From assembly GCA_009937205.1 (NCBI GenBank), contig JAACCR010000042.1:1-55444 (forward strand): a DNA stretch of 55,444 bases, given 5' to 3'. The position numbers and the translations under genes were made by a program. Numbering within the stretch: position 1 is the stretch's first letter; each line of letters begins with the position of its first letter. This document shows, piece after piece, positions 29,298 to 37,672 of the stretch. The notes beneath the pieces were generated by a model. It saw only the letters and a program-made list of their open reading frames with translations, was not told the DNA's origin and searched no databases. This DNA comes from Methanobacteriota archaeon (GTDB taxonomy: Archaea > Thermoplasmatota > Poseidoniia > Poseidoniales > Poseidoniaceae).

Positions 29298-30794
29298 TTA
29301 AGAAGTAAAGTGGATTATTGATGCTCTAACTATTTTAATAATCAAATCTATTTCTTCAGAAGTAATAGCAAAGTGTGGTGTAAAACGTAATGCGTTTTTC
29401 CCTCCATGAATTACACCTAGACCTATTCTACGACACCAAGGTTCAACAGCATCAAATCCAACCACTGGCAAAATATCAGGCCTTAATTCAGCACTACACA
29501 ATAATCCTGTACCTTGTACAAGTGTGATATACTCAGGGAATTCTTCGGCTAGTATCTTCAATTTATTAACAAACTCTACACCCTTATCACGAATGTTTTG
29601 TCTTAATTCAGGAGTAATTCTATCGAGAACTGCGATTGCAGTTTCAAGTGCTCGCGGATTAGTGGTCATCGTATTGCCATAAATTCCTGAAACATACAAT
29701 GCCGATGCTCTTTCATTCATTCCGAGTACTGAGAGCGGATATTGCCCTGCATTCATTGCTTTTGACCATGTCTCTAGATCGGGTGCGAGGCAATCTTGGA
29801 AACCCTGATAATCTACAATTGAAAGACAACCTTGCCCCCTCAATCCTGCTTGTATTGAATCGACTAGTAACATTGAGCCATGTTCTAAGGTCAACCTTCT
29901 AGCTTCATCATAAAATGCCCGCTCAACACATTGCCCAGGATTTCCTTCACCTTGTACAGGTTCAATAGCCATTAGTTCAATGAATTCACCTTTTGCTTCT
30001 GCAGTAGCAAAAACATCTCTTAACGCCTCGATATCATTTGGTGGAACTAGATACAAATTATCTCTATCTCTAAAGGATGCTAGGTTTTTATCATAGTTTC
30101 TCATGCAAGAATGCGAAAGTTGTGCTGGGCGACCTGTTCTTCCATGGAACGCTTGCTCAACTGCCACTAATTTGATTGCTTTACCTTCATATCTCCCACC
30201 AGGTCCAGTCATATTGTTGGCATTAACATCAGAAATTCGTAATGAAACTGTTACTGATTCCGAACCACTATTCATACAAATAAATCTATCAAAAGGACAA
30301 CTTCCTCTACTATGGCCTAATTCTTTGATTAGTCGATCTGTTAATCTCTGTTGAGAAAAAGAAGGAGTCATCACATTGGCCATTACCCAATTCTGGGACA
30401 TCGCATCAATTATTTCATCTGGACCATGCCCGCCACCGAGCATTCCATATCCACCATTGTCATGCAATACTGCGCCATGAGCAGATATCACCCATGGACC
30501 TCTGGCAGCAATAGGAATGTATGGATTGACGGTTGCGGGATTGTAAAAGTTGACATATCCGCTTTGCAGTTTTGTAACCAATTCCGACTCAGGTGACATT
30601 AGAAGTTCTGATTCAAACTCTTCTCTAAGACCCAAATGATATTTATGGCCCTCTTTGATTGCACGCGAAAGATTACTATCGAGCGCAATGAATTTGATAA
30701 TTTCATCATCACTCAAACCTGTAGTTTCGCAGATACCGGAATTGGCTCGAATATCAAAAAGTAATTCCATCAACTGGGCTGCGTCAGTACTCAT
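29298..30794 (-). CDS. Class III PLP aminotransferase
   Basis: NSGSES, AFHGRT, EPVQGEG, DSIQAG, WSK (PLP lysine), GNTMTTNP. Confidence 0.9.
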   Translation of the reverse strand: MSTDAAQLMELLFDIRANSGICETTGLSDDEIIKFIALDSNLSRAIKEGHKYHLGLREEFESELLMSPESELVTKLQSGYVNFYNPATVNPYIPIAARGPWVISAHGAVLHDNGGYGMLGGGHGPDEIIDAMSQNWVMANVMTPSFSQQRLTDRLIKELGHSRGSCPFDRFICMNSGSESVTVSLRISDVNANNMTGPGGRYEGKAIKLVAVEQAFHGRTGRPAQLSHSCMRNYDKNLASFRDRDNLYLVPPNDIEALRDVFATAEAKGEFIELMAIEPVQGEGNPGQCVERAFYDEARRLTLEHGSMLLVDSIQAGLRGQGCLSIVDYQGFQDCLAPDLETWSKAMNAGQYPLSVLGMNERASALYVSGIYGNTMTTNPRALETAIAVLDRITPELRQNIRDKGVEFVNKLKILAEEFPEYITLVQGTGLLCSAELRPDILPVVGFDAVEPWCRRIGLGVIHGGKNALRFTPHFAITSEEIDLIIKIVRASIIHFTS

Positions 30795-30911
30795 CAAACA
30801 GTGCAATATACGGGGGGATTTGAACATTCGTAGCAGGGCCTTTCCTAAATAATGCAAACCAACTTACCATTTTGCATAATTATGCGCCTGCATAGAGGTG
30901 ATATATATTTC

Positions 30912-30958
30912 AATAATACCATAGTATTACTATAGTAATAGCCCAGTAATACTTATAT
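30912..30958 (+). promoter_or_regulatory. Four 8-bp boxes at 11-bp period followed by a TATA box
   Basis: AATAATAC 30912, AGTATTAC 30923, AGTAATAG 30934, AGTAATAC 30945; perfect palindrome TATTACTATAGTAATA 30925-30940; TTATAT 30953-30958, 28 nt before the ATG. Confidence 0.65.
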
Positions 30959-30980
30959 CGGATTGACAAGAGCCTAGGCC

Positions 30981-31157
30981 ATGCCTAAGATCTCATTGGA
31001 CATGCCAAGCCAATTAACTGAAGATTTACGTAAACATGTCGGAGATGACAAAAAATTTGTTAGCCTAGCAGATGCTGTTAGAACGGCTTGTCGTAAATTA
31101 TTAGATCAACTTGATGAGATTGATTCTAGGCATGGAAGAGGAACACAGAAGGAGTGA
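30981..31157 (+). CDS. 58-aa ribbon-helix-helix (CopG-like) protein, absent from the ORF track
   Basis: MPKISLDMPSQLTEDLRKHVGDDKKFVSLADAVRTACRKLLDQLDEIDSRHGRGTQKE*; KISLDMP strand, helix, S.ADAVR.A helix. Confidence 0.8.
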   Translation: MPKISLDMPSQLTEDLRKHVGDDKKFVSLADAVRTACRKLLDQLDEIDSRHGRGTQKE

Positions 31158-31162
31158 ATAAT

Positions 31163-31735
31163 ATGGTGTCAAAAAACGAAGCAGAATTGGCTGTAAGAAC
31201 TCTATTAGAGTATTTGGAAGGAAACTTATCAGAACGAGAGGGGTTACTAAAAACTCCAAAGAGAGTTATTGATTCGTGGGATGAAGTATTCGCTGGATAT
31301 TCACAAAATGCAGAAGATATTCTTGAGGCTACTTTCAATGGAGAAGGATATGATGGAATAGTATTGTTGCGCGATATTGAATTCCATTCCACTTGCGAGC
31401 ATCACTTACAGCCATTCAAGGGAAGAGCACATGTTGCTTACATTCCTACTGATCGGATTGTGGGTATCTCAAAATTAGCACGTATTGTTGAATTACATGG
31501 CAGAAGATTGCAGAATCAGGAACGCATTACAAAGGGCGTAGCAGATGATTTGGAAGCGCATCTTTCTCCATTAGGCTGTGCTGTCATAATCGAGGCTGCT
31601 CATGGCTGTATGCAATGCCGCGGTGTTGCAAAGCAAAATGCTATCATGACTACATCAGCTATGCGTGGTGTATTCTTTGAGAGGTCAGAGGCTAGAGCGG
31701 AATTAATGCAGTTGATTCACACCCGTCCTCTTTGA
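31163..31735 (+). CDS. folE: GTP cyclohydrolase I
   Basis: REGLLKTPKRV, STCEHHL, VGISKLARIV, RLQNQER, HGCMQCRG. Confidence 0.96.
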   Translation: MVSKNEAELAVRTLLEYLEGNLSEREGLLKTPKRVIDSWDEVFAGYSQNAEDILEATFNGEGYDGIVLLRDIEFHSTCEHHLQPFKGRAHVAYIPTDRIVGISKLARIVELHGRRLQNQERITKGVADDLEAHLSPLGCAVIIEAAHGCMQCRGVAKQNAIMTTSAMRGVFFERSEARAELMQLIHTRPL

Positions 31736-31756
31736 AACGATCTGGAGTCGAATAGC

Positions 31757-32422
31757 ATGAAGGAAGAATTTGAGAATTGTGGCATCGCAGGTAATACTGC
31801 TGTTGACAGTCCTACTGACCTTGCGATGGAATACAAAATAGTAGAAATATTTCACTCAATTCAAGGGGAAGGGGCAAAATGTGGAATTCCACATGTTTTT
31901 ATTCGTTTTGGCAAATGTAATTTACAATGCGAATGGTGTGATACGGATTTTGAAACATTCACAACAATGACTGCAATTGACATCTTGGGAGAGGTTCTCA
32001 AATTTGATTGCAGGAAAATTATTTTCACTGGTGGCGAACCGATGCTTAACGATTTATGGCCACTACACCGATTACTCAAAGCGCGTGGGTATGAATTGTC
32101 TTGTGAGAGTAACGGCACGATAGATATCCCTGAAGGGTTATTGGATTGGATAACCATCTCCCCAAAAGATCAGGAATATCCTAATGTTTCTATTAGACAA
32201 CGAACGGGAAATGAATTAAAATGTGTATACGTGGGTCAAGATTTGTCTTTATATGATGATTTAAAACATGGTTTTGAGCATTTATTTTTACAACCATGTT
32301 ATATTCATTCACAAGATGTAGAATGGAATGGGAAGAATTTTGCTCTAACTGAAAAAGTTGTAAAGGATAATTCTCCCTGGAGATTAAGTCTTCAAACTCA
32401 CAAATGGATGGGTATTGATTGA
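31757..32422 (+). CDS. queE: 7-carboxy-7-deazaguanine synthase (radical SAM)
   Basis: EIFHSIQGEG, CNLQCEWCDT, TGGEP, ISPK, WRLSLQTHK. Confidence 0.95.
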   Translation: MKEEFENCGIAGNTAVDSPTDLAMEYKIVEIFHSIQGEGAKCGIPHVFIRFGKCNLQCEWCDTDFETFTTMTAIDILGEVLKFDCRKIIFTGGEPMLNDLWPLHRLLKARGYELSCESNGTIDIPEGLLDWITISPKDQEYPNVSIRQRTGNELKCVYVGQDLSLYDDLKHGFEHLFLQPCYIHSQDVEWNGKNFALTEKVVKDNSPWRLSLQTHKWMGID

Positions 32423-32434
32423 GGTGATTCAAAA

Positions 32435-33577
32435 ATGAGAGCAGTAATGGCATTCAGTGGAGGAATGGATTCAACTAGTTTGTTGATGAGATTACTAGCC
32501 GATGGTTACACAGTAGATTGCTTATCATATGAATATGGGCAAAAGCATTCCCTCGAATTGGAAAGAGCCAAACAAAACATTGCTTATCTTGCTGAAAATG
32601 GCTTCCATGTAACCCATCAAATCGTAGACTTGAGCAGCGCAATGAACTTATTTCACTCTAGCCTAATCGTCGGTGGTGCAGATGTTCCTAAGGGGCATTA
32701 CGAGGAAGATGCGATGAAGTCAACTGTTGTACCCAATAGAAATGCTATATTTGCATCGATTCTATATGGATATGCTCTCTCAATTGCGCTAAAGGATGGT
32801 TGTGCTGTAGAACTCGCTTTGGGAGTCCATAGTGGTGACCATGAGATCTATCCTGATTGTAGGCCTGAGTTTTACCAAGCGCTTGGACATGCATTTGCAG
32901 TTGGAAACTGGGATAGTGACAAAGTTTCATTCAAATTACCTTACTTAGATGGTGATAAGGAATCAATACTAAGAGATGCTGAAATAGCAATAACAAAACT
33001 TGGATTAGATTTTACAACAATTTATGCTAATACTAATACTTCCTATGATCCTGATGAGTTCGGTCGTGCAAGCGGTACTAGTGGTGCTGATATTGAGCGA
33101 ATATTAGCTTTCCATGCAGTTGGTAAGAAAGATCCTGTGGAATATGTTGAATCTTGGGATAATGTTCTTCAAAATGCACTTCAAATCGAGTATAAACATA
33201 AGGATGAGGAGTACAAACAACGACTAACTGAATTACAATATTATGTGACCAGAAAAAGTGGTACTGAAGCGGCCTTTAGTGGAATTTATTGGAATGAAAA
33301 AGGTGATGGTCAATACGCATGTTTATGCTGTGGCCATATTCTGTTTAATTCTGAAATGAAGTATGATTCTGGATGTGGTTGGCCATCATTCCACAGTGAA
33401 TTAGAAGATGCTTCAATTAGTAGATTAGAGGATAACTCGCATGGAACCTCACGAACTGAGGTTAGGTGTAGTAAATGTGATGCACACCTTGGCCATGTTT
33501 TCAATGATGGGCCAGCTCAATTTGGTGGCGATAGATATTGTATAAATTCAGCATCTATTGATTTTGAGGAGGGATGA
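32435..33577 (+). CDS. queC: 7-cyano-7-deazaguanine synthase fused to methionine-R-sulfoxide reductase MsrB
   Basis: SGGMDS, YGQKH, TVVPNRN, YPDCRPEF; from about aa 257 GTE..CLCC..GCGWPSF..CSKCDAHLGHVF.DGP..RYCINS. Confidence 0.92.
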   Translation: MRAVMAFSGGMDSTSLLMRLLADGYTVDCLSYEYGQKHSLELERAKQNIAYLAENGFHVTHQIVDLSSAMNLFHSSLIVGGADVPKGHYEEDAMKSTVVPNRNAIFASILYGYALSIALKDGCAVELALGVHSGDHEIYPDCRPEFYQALGHAFAVGNWDSDKVSFKLPYLDGDKESILRDAEIAITKLGLDFTTIYANTNTSYDPDEFGRASGTSGADIERILAFHAVGKKDPVEYVESWDNVLQNALQIEYKHKDEEYKQRLTELQYYVTRKSGTEAAFSGIYWNEKGDGQYACLCCGHILFNSEMKYDSGCGWPSFHSELEDASISRLEDNSHGTSRTEVRCSKCDAHLGHVFNDGPAQFGGDRYCINSASIDFEEG

Positions 33578-33579
33578 TA

Positions 33580-34029
33580 ATGACCACTATAATTAAAAGA
33601 TATATTGAAACTGATACCGGCCATAGGGTTCCTAATCACAAAAGCAAGTGTAGACATATGCACGGACACCGCTATCGTTTTGAAGCAGAAATTGAAGGCG
33701 ATATAGTTACTGAAAGTGGGGTTTCTGAAGAAGGAATGCTAATTGATTTTTCAGATGTCTCTGCTATACTCACAGAATATGTTCATGATGTAATAGATCA
33801 TGCATTCGTAGTATATTCTGGAGATGAGAAGGGTATTGCTGCTTGCGCGTTAATGGGAGAGGAACATAGAACCGTCATCGTCCCATTCATTCCTACTGCA
33901 GAAAATCTAGCAAAGTGGGCCTTTGAACAAGTCGAACCCCATATTACTACGTCATATGGTAATCGACTAAGACTGATAGCAATGCACTGCCGTGAAACAC
34001 CTAAGAGTGTTGCAAGTTGGAAAATTTAA
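33580..34029 (+). CDS. queD: 6-carboxytetrahydropterin synthase
   Basis: GHR..KCRHMHGHRY, MLIDF, DH, PTAENLA, ETP. Confidence 0.94.
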   Translation: MTTIIKRYIETDTGHRVPNHKSKCRHMHGHRYRFEAEIEGDIVTESGVSEEGMLIDFSDVSAILTEYVHDVIDHAFVVYSGDEKGIAACALMGEEHRTVIVPFIPTAENLAKWAFEQVEPHITTSYGNRLRLIAMHCRETPKSVASWKI

Positions 34030-34854
34030 TCAATCAATACGTCGACGTCTTTTTCTTTGCCAATTCTCATCACCTTTTAGATGTTGAATTGCAGTAGTTG
34101 CTTCGATTAATCCCCCAAGGATTCTCGTAGCTTCATCGTTGGTTAGCATGCTTCTCATCAATGAACGCTGTAATGTATGCTGGAAACTAATGGAGTGTTC
34201 CTCTACGCCTGAAAGCGATTCTGCCATTTCTGCTATCGCTTGATTTAATTTCTCTCTTATTTGAGGATTAATATTTCTTTGTAGGGGGACTAAACTAGGT
34301 ATTGCTGGGTCTCCTCCTTGGTTTTCAATTACGCGGCTTCTGTGTAATTCGTAAAGTACGCTATTTACTGCATGACTTAAGTTGGCGATGGGGTATCCTT
34401 CCCAAGTCGGTAATGTTAGTAAGAAATCACAATATTCTAGGTCTTCAGTAGACAAACCCTTACCCTCTTCTCCGAAAATAATTGCTACTTTTTCTGTAAA
34501 TGATGATACCTTTTCTGCGACTTCCCAAGGAAATAGAAAATGACGGAAGAATGTCTTCTTACCCTTTTCTCTTTTTCCTGAAGTTCCAATTACCAAGGAA
34601 ATATCTTTGGTAGCATCGATTAGAGAATCGTATGTTTGACAGTTTTCTAAAATTGAACCTGCATGCTTTGCTCTTTTTCTAGCCTCTACATCATCTGGGG
34701 CGCAGAGTGGATTAACTAATCTAAGGTTACAAAATCCATGATTTAACATGGTTCTACAAACAGCACCTAAGTTTCCTGGGTGTGTTGCTCCAACTAATAT
34801 TACTTCGAGTTGGTATTTACTTTCGGGCAATGGTAAATCTATTCTATCGCCCAT
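34030..34854 (-). CDS. trmJ: TrmJ-family SPOUT tRNA 2'-O-methyltransferase
   Basis: HPGNLGAVCRTM, LRLVNP, IFGEEGKGL, YPIANLSHAV..YE. Confidence 0.85.
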   Translation of the reverse strand: MGDRIDLPLPESKYQLEVILVGATHPGNLGAVCRTMLNHGFCNLRLVNPLCAPDDVEARKRAKHAGSILENCQTYDSLIDATKDISLVIGTSGKREKGKKTFFRHFLFPWEVAEKVSSFTEKVAIIFGEEGKGLSTEDLEYCDFLLTLPTWEGYPIANLSHAVNSVLYELHRSRVIENQGGDPAIPSLVPLQRNINPQIREKLNQAIAEMAESLSGVEEHSISFQHTLQRSLMRSMLTNDEATRILGGLIEATTAIQHLKGDENWQRKRRRRID

Positions 34855-34856
34855 AA

Positions 34857-35081
34857 TTATTCGCCTTCCTGATAAGAATCATTCCATGCTGCAATCCATC
34901 TAGGATCACATTCCTGATAAAGGAAAAAAAGAAAACCGCCTTCTTCTCTATCAGCCATTACGATTGAACGTTTACGAATTCCATGAGTATTTCTAAGAAA
35001 CAGAATTAACGACTCTAAAGGCTCACTACGTGGATGGTGAACGCTCACTGGTGTGCGTTGCCAATGAACGCGCACTGACAC
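34857..35081 (-). CDS. Small hypothetical protein in the ribosomal protein operon
   Basis: GTG start at 35081 with GAGGTG RBS; ends 2 nt before trmJ. Confidence 0.65.
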   Translation of the reverse strand: MSVRVHWQRTPVSVHHPRSEPLESLILFLRNTHGIRKRSIVMADREEGGFLFFLYQECDPRWIAAWNDSYQEGE

Positions 35082-35091
35082 TGCTAACACC

Positions 35092-35283
35092 TCAATCTGT
35101 GCGGCGTAGTCTGTAACGAGTAACGTATCCTGCAATCCAGTTTCTTAGCTTCTTGGATTCTACATCGGTTAATTTAGAAACCATCAACTTGTTATGGTCA
35201 AAGTCAGCAGTGAATTTCTCACCGTGTTCTTCGACTAAACGGATGGCTCTGATTTTGATGAAACTTGGTCTAATATTTCCCAT
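35092..35283 (-). CDS. rps17e: 30S ribosomal protein S17e
   Basis: MGNIRPSFIK..FTADFDHNK..SKKLRNWIAGYVT. Confidence 0.96.
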   Translation of the reverse strand: MGNIRPSFIKIRAIRLVEEHGEKFTADFDHNKLMVSKLTDVESKKLRNWIAGYVTRYRLRRTD

Positions 35284-35288
35284 ATTAT

Positions 35289-35564
35289 TCACTCCTCAAA
35301 TAATTTTACTTCGATTGGAATTTCTGGTTCGTCGTGGCGAGTAATTTGTAATTTAATCTTACGTGGAGGGTTTTCAATTCCACGAGACCAAATGTATTCG
35401 TTTACTGCTGGGTCGATCCAGACTACTTCTTCTTCGGTTACCTTCAAGTGTTGAATTACTTGATTCTTGATAATTTGCATTGCACGAGGTGCACGCTTGT
35501 ATCTTGTAATATTCCATGCATGACGCAATGGAACGATTAATTCTGATTGATTTGCTCTAGCCAT
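35289..35564 (-). CDS. rpl31e: 50S ribosomal protein L31e
   Basis: VPLR..KRAPRAM..VNEYIWSRGIENPPRKI. Confidence 0.95.
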   Translation of the reverse strand: MARANQSELIVPLRHAWNITRYKRAPRAMQIIKNQVIQHLKVTEEEVVWIDPAVNEYIWSRGIENPPRKIKLQITRHDEPEIPIEVKLFEE

Positions 35565-35574
35565 AAATAACACC

Positions 35575-35730
35575 TCAGCGCTGTAACTTACTGCGTCTCC
35601 AGTGGTGTCTCTGTGGATGAGATACCGTATTTCGGTCGGTCTTCAACATGATCCATACAGGGACACGTCTATTCTGTTTTCCTGCTTTGAGCAGGCGTAT
35701 TTTTTTTGCGGCTGGTTTATTTCTTGACAT
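35575..35730 (-). CDS. rpl39e: 50S ribosomal protein L39e
   Basis: [27 protein letters not shown]. Confidence 0.95.
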   Translation of the reverse strand: MSRNKPAAKKIRLLKAGKQNRRVPVWIMLKTDRNTVSHPQRHHWRRSKLQR

Positions 35731-35743
35731 TTCGAGCACCTTC

Positions 35744-36103
35744 TCAGATTCTTCGGATGGACGCACTATGGCGGCTCTTGGATTGTGATAGGAGCAATTG
35801 CTTGAATTGCTCATCGTTTAATGTACCTTGGATGCGACCTTCGTCATTCATCTTAATCAATGCAGCTCTAATGCTATCTGCACGTTGTGGAGTAGCCATT
35901 GCAATGGTTGCTAATCTTGACCTTGCTTCCGGTGATAGGATTGTTTTGATGACCGTATTGATGTTTTGCTCTTCTACTTGTGCATGGTGAGCCTTAATCT
36001 CAGCATCTGCTTGAGCAGTTGCTTGCTGTTGAAGTTGATTTTGCAACTCTAAACGGCGTTGTTCGCGTAATAGCGACAACTCATTATCTTGAGTTGCTAC
36101 CAT
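35744..36103 (-). CDS. PDCD5-like DNA-binding protein
   Basis: [39 protein letters not shown]; canonical position after rps19e. Confidence 0.88.
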   Translation of the reverse strand: MVATQDNELSLLREQRRLELQNQLQQQATAQADAEIKAHHAQVEEQNINTVIKTILSPEARSRLATIAMATPQRADSIRAALIKMNDEGRIQGTLNDEQFKQLLLSQSKSRHSASIRRI

Positions 36104-36125
36104 AATACTCACCACTTCACTTCCT

Positions 36126-36617
36126 TCAATACTTATCTAAACCAGGGAATTGCTCATTTGCAGCATCTCTGCACTCATGGGCAATTTCGTTTAGCATCTT
36201 TTGGCCAGCACTGGTAACACGGCGGCCTGCATAGAGTTGGACATCTCCTTCTTCTGTTTCAACAGTCTTTGTTGGAACCTTCTCAACCAATCCTGCTGCT
36301 TCGAGTTGTTGAAGAGATGTACGAATAATATGACGTCCTGCTACTCCAGGTGTGTTAGGCATTGCTCCATTGTCTTTGCTTCCACCATACGCTTGTGAAA
36401 GATGTGTTACGCCTATTGGACCTTCTCTTGCAACTTTTCTTAGAAGTGCAGCGGATCTTAGGAACCACCAGTTCTCTTGGGAAGGAGGGCGCTCACGGGA
36501 TACTGCAGTCTGGACGAATCCAGCCCATTCAGGGGTGTCGATTCCATCGGTTGCAGCAATTCTCTCAGCAAGAGCTGGGATGAGTAGTTCAGAAGGGATA
36601 TCATAGAACGTGGTCAT
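36126..36617 (-). CDS. rps19e: 30S ribosomal protein S19e
   Basis: PEWAGFVQT..RERPP..WWFLRSAALLRK..GPIGV..YGG..LQQLE..GRRVT. Confidence 0.96.
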   Translation of the reverse strand: MTTFYDIPSELLIPALAERIAATDGIDTPEWAGFVQTAVSRERPPSQENWWFLRSAALLRKVAREGPIGVTHLSQAYGGSKDNGAMPNTPGVAGRHIIRTSLQQLEAAGLVEKVPTKTVETEEGDVQLYAGRRVTSAGQKMLNEIAHECRDAANEQFPGLDKY

Positions 36618-36763
36618 GACAGGACACCAAGCAATTTGCCGACTTATCACCCCTATATCAATGAAACGGGTGAGGGCGGGGCACTGATTGGCCATCAGTC
36701 TCTAAATCAATATGAATTTTACAACTGTGCAAGTGTTGATGAAGTGGGTACTTTTCGCCTTGC

Positions 36764-37597
36764 ATGATGAAGAAAGCGTTGGCCCAAAATCCTAACCTTC
36801 TCAGAACACTTTTAGGGCTTTCATTTACACTTATTTTTTTGTTATCATATGCGGTATATGGCGCCACTATAGCCCCTTCATACTATATTTATGATACAGA
36901 AGCAACTATGACGGAAATGCAAAATAGTGAACCTCAAAAGTGGTATGATGAAGATAGCAATACCACCACTTGGTCATGGGAATTTGCCCTTGATGGTCAA
37001 AATTTAACATGGGTTAATTTAACTGCCATGGAACTATCTGATGGTGCTATTGTAAAATTATCCAATGGTGCTGGTTTGTTTAGTCACCAATTTTTGGGCG
37101 TGGTTGACGCTAGGGATTTTTCATGTCAAGAACAGTGTCAACAGAATGTTACCCACCAACGAATATCTGAAGATGGTAATGATGTTTCAATAATTTCTCT
37201 GACCGAATTAGATCCTGCTAGAAGAAACAATGGTTCTGTCTATGGCCAAGATATAGATGCTGCTGAACAAAAAGCACGAGCAGAAATTGAATACCTACAC
37301 TCCCCGTCGCAAGTTAGAATTGAAATAATCGAGCAAGGAAATAGAAGCACTAGCCCAAATATATTACTGACCGGTGTTAATGAGGAATTTAATTCCATCT
37401 CCGTTTTTTCTGTTGATGCTGCAACAGAATTCTTGTGGGCATTAGCCTCTGTTGTTGGATGTTTTGCTGTGATCTTGATCCCATCATTTACCGTATTTTT
37501 TGCTGCTAGAGCCAAAGAAAAAAGAGACAACTTGAAACTAATACAGCAACAACAACAAGATGAAAAACTAGTTACTACCAATGATGGTAGTAGTTGA
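36764..37597 (+). CDS. Hypothetical membrane protein
   Basis: N- and C-terminal hydrophobic helices flanking a polar domain. Confidence 0.7.
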   Translation: MMKKALAQNPNLLRTLLGLSFTLIFLLSYAVYGATIAPSYYIYDTEATMTEMQNSEPQKWYDEDSNTTTWSWEFALDGQNLTWVNLTAMELSDGAIVKLSNGAGLFSHQFLGVVDARDFSCQEQCQQNVTHQRISEDGNDVSIISLTELDPARRNNGSVYGQDIDAAEQKARAEIEYLHSPSQVRIEIIEQGNRSTSPNILLTGVNEEFNSISVFSVDAATEFLWALASVVGCFAVILIPSFTVFFAARAKEKRDNLKLIQQQQQDEKLVTTNDGSS

Positions 37598-37672
37598 AAT
37601 GGCTGGTTCCAAGAATTATTAGATTCTGCATTGTTCTCATATAGATTGAAGCATTGTGCCTGCATGAGGGGC

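Noticed and set aside
30858..30980. preQ1 riboswitch upstream of the que operon
   Set aside because: No recognisable preQ1 hairpin with A-rich tail; TATA spacing implies an essentially leaderless transcript
31163..34029. que genes as a Dpd DNA-modification or defence island
   Set aside because: No dpdA/TGT paralogue, helicase or nuclease nearby; archaeosine precursor supply is the simpler explanation
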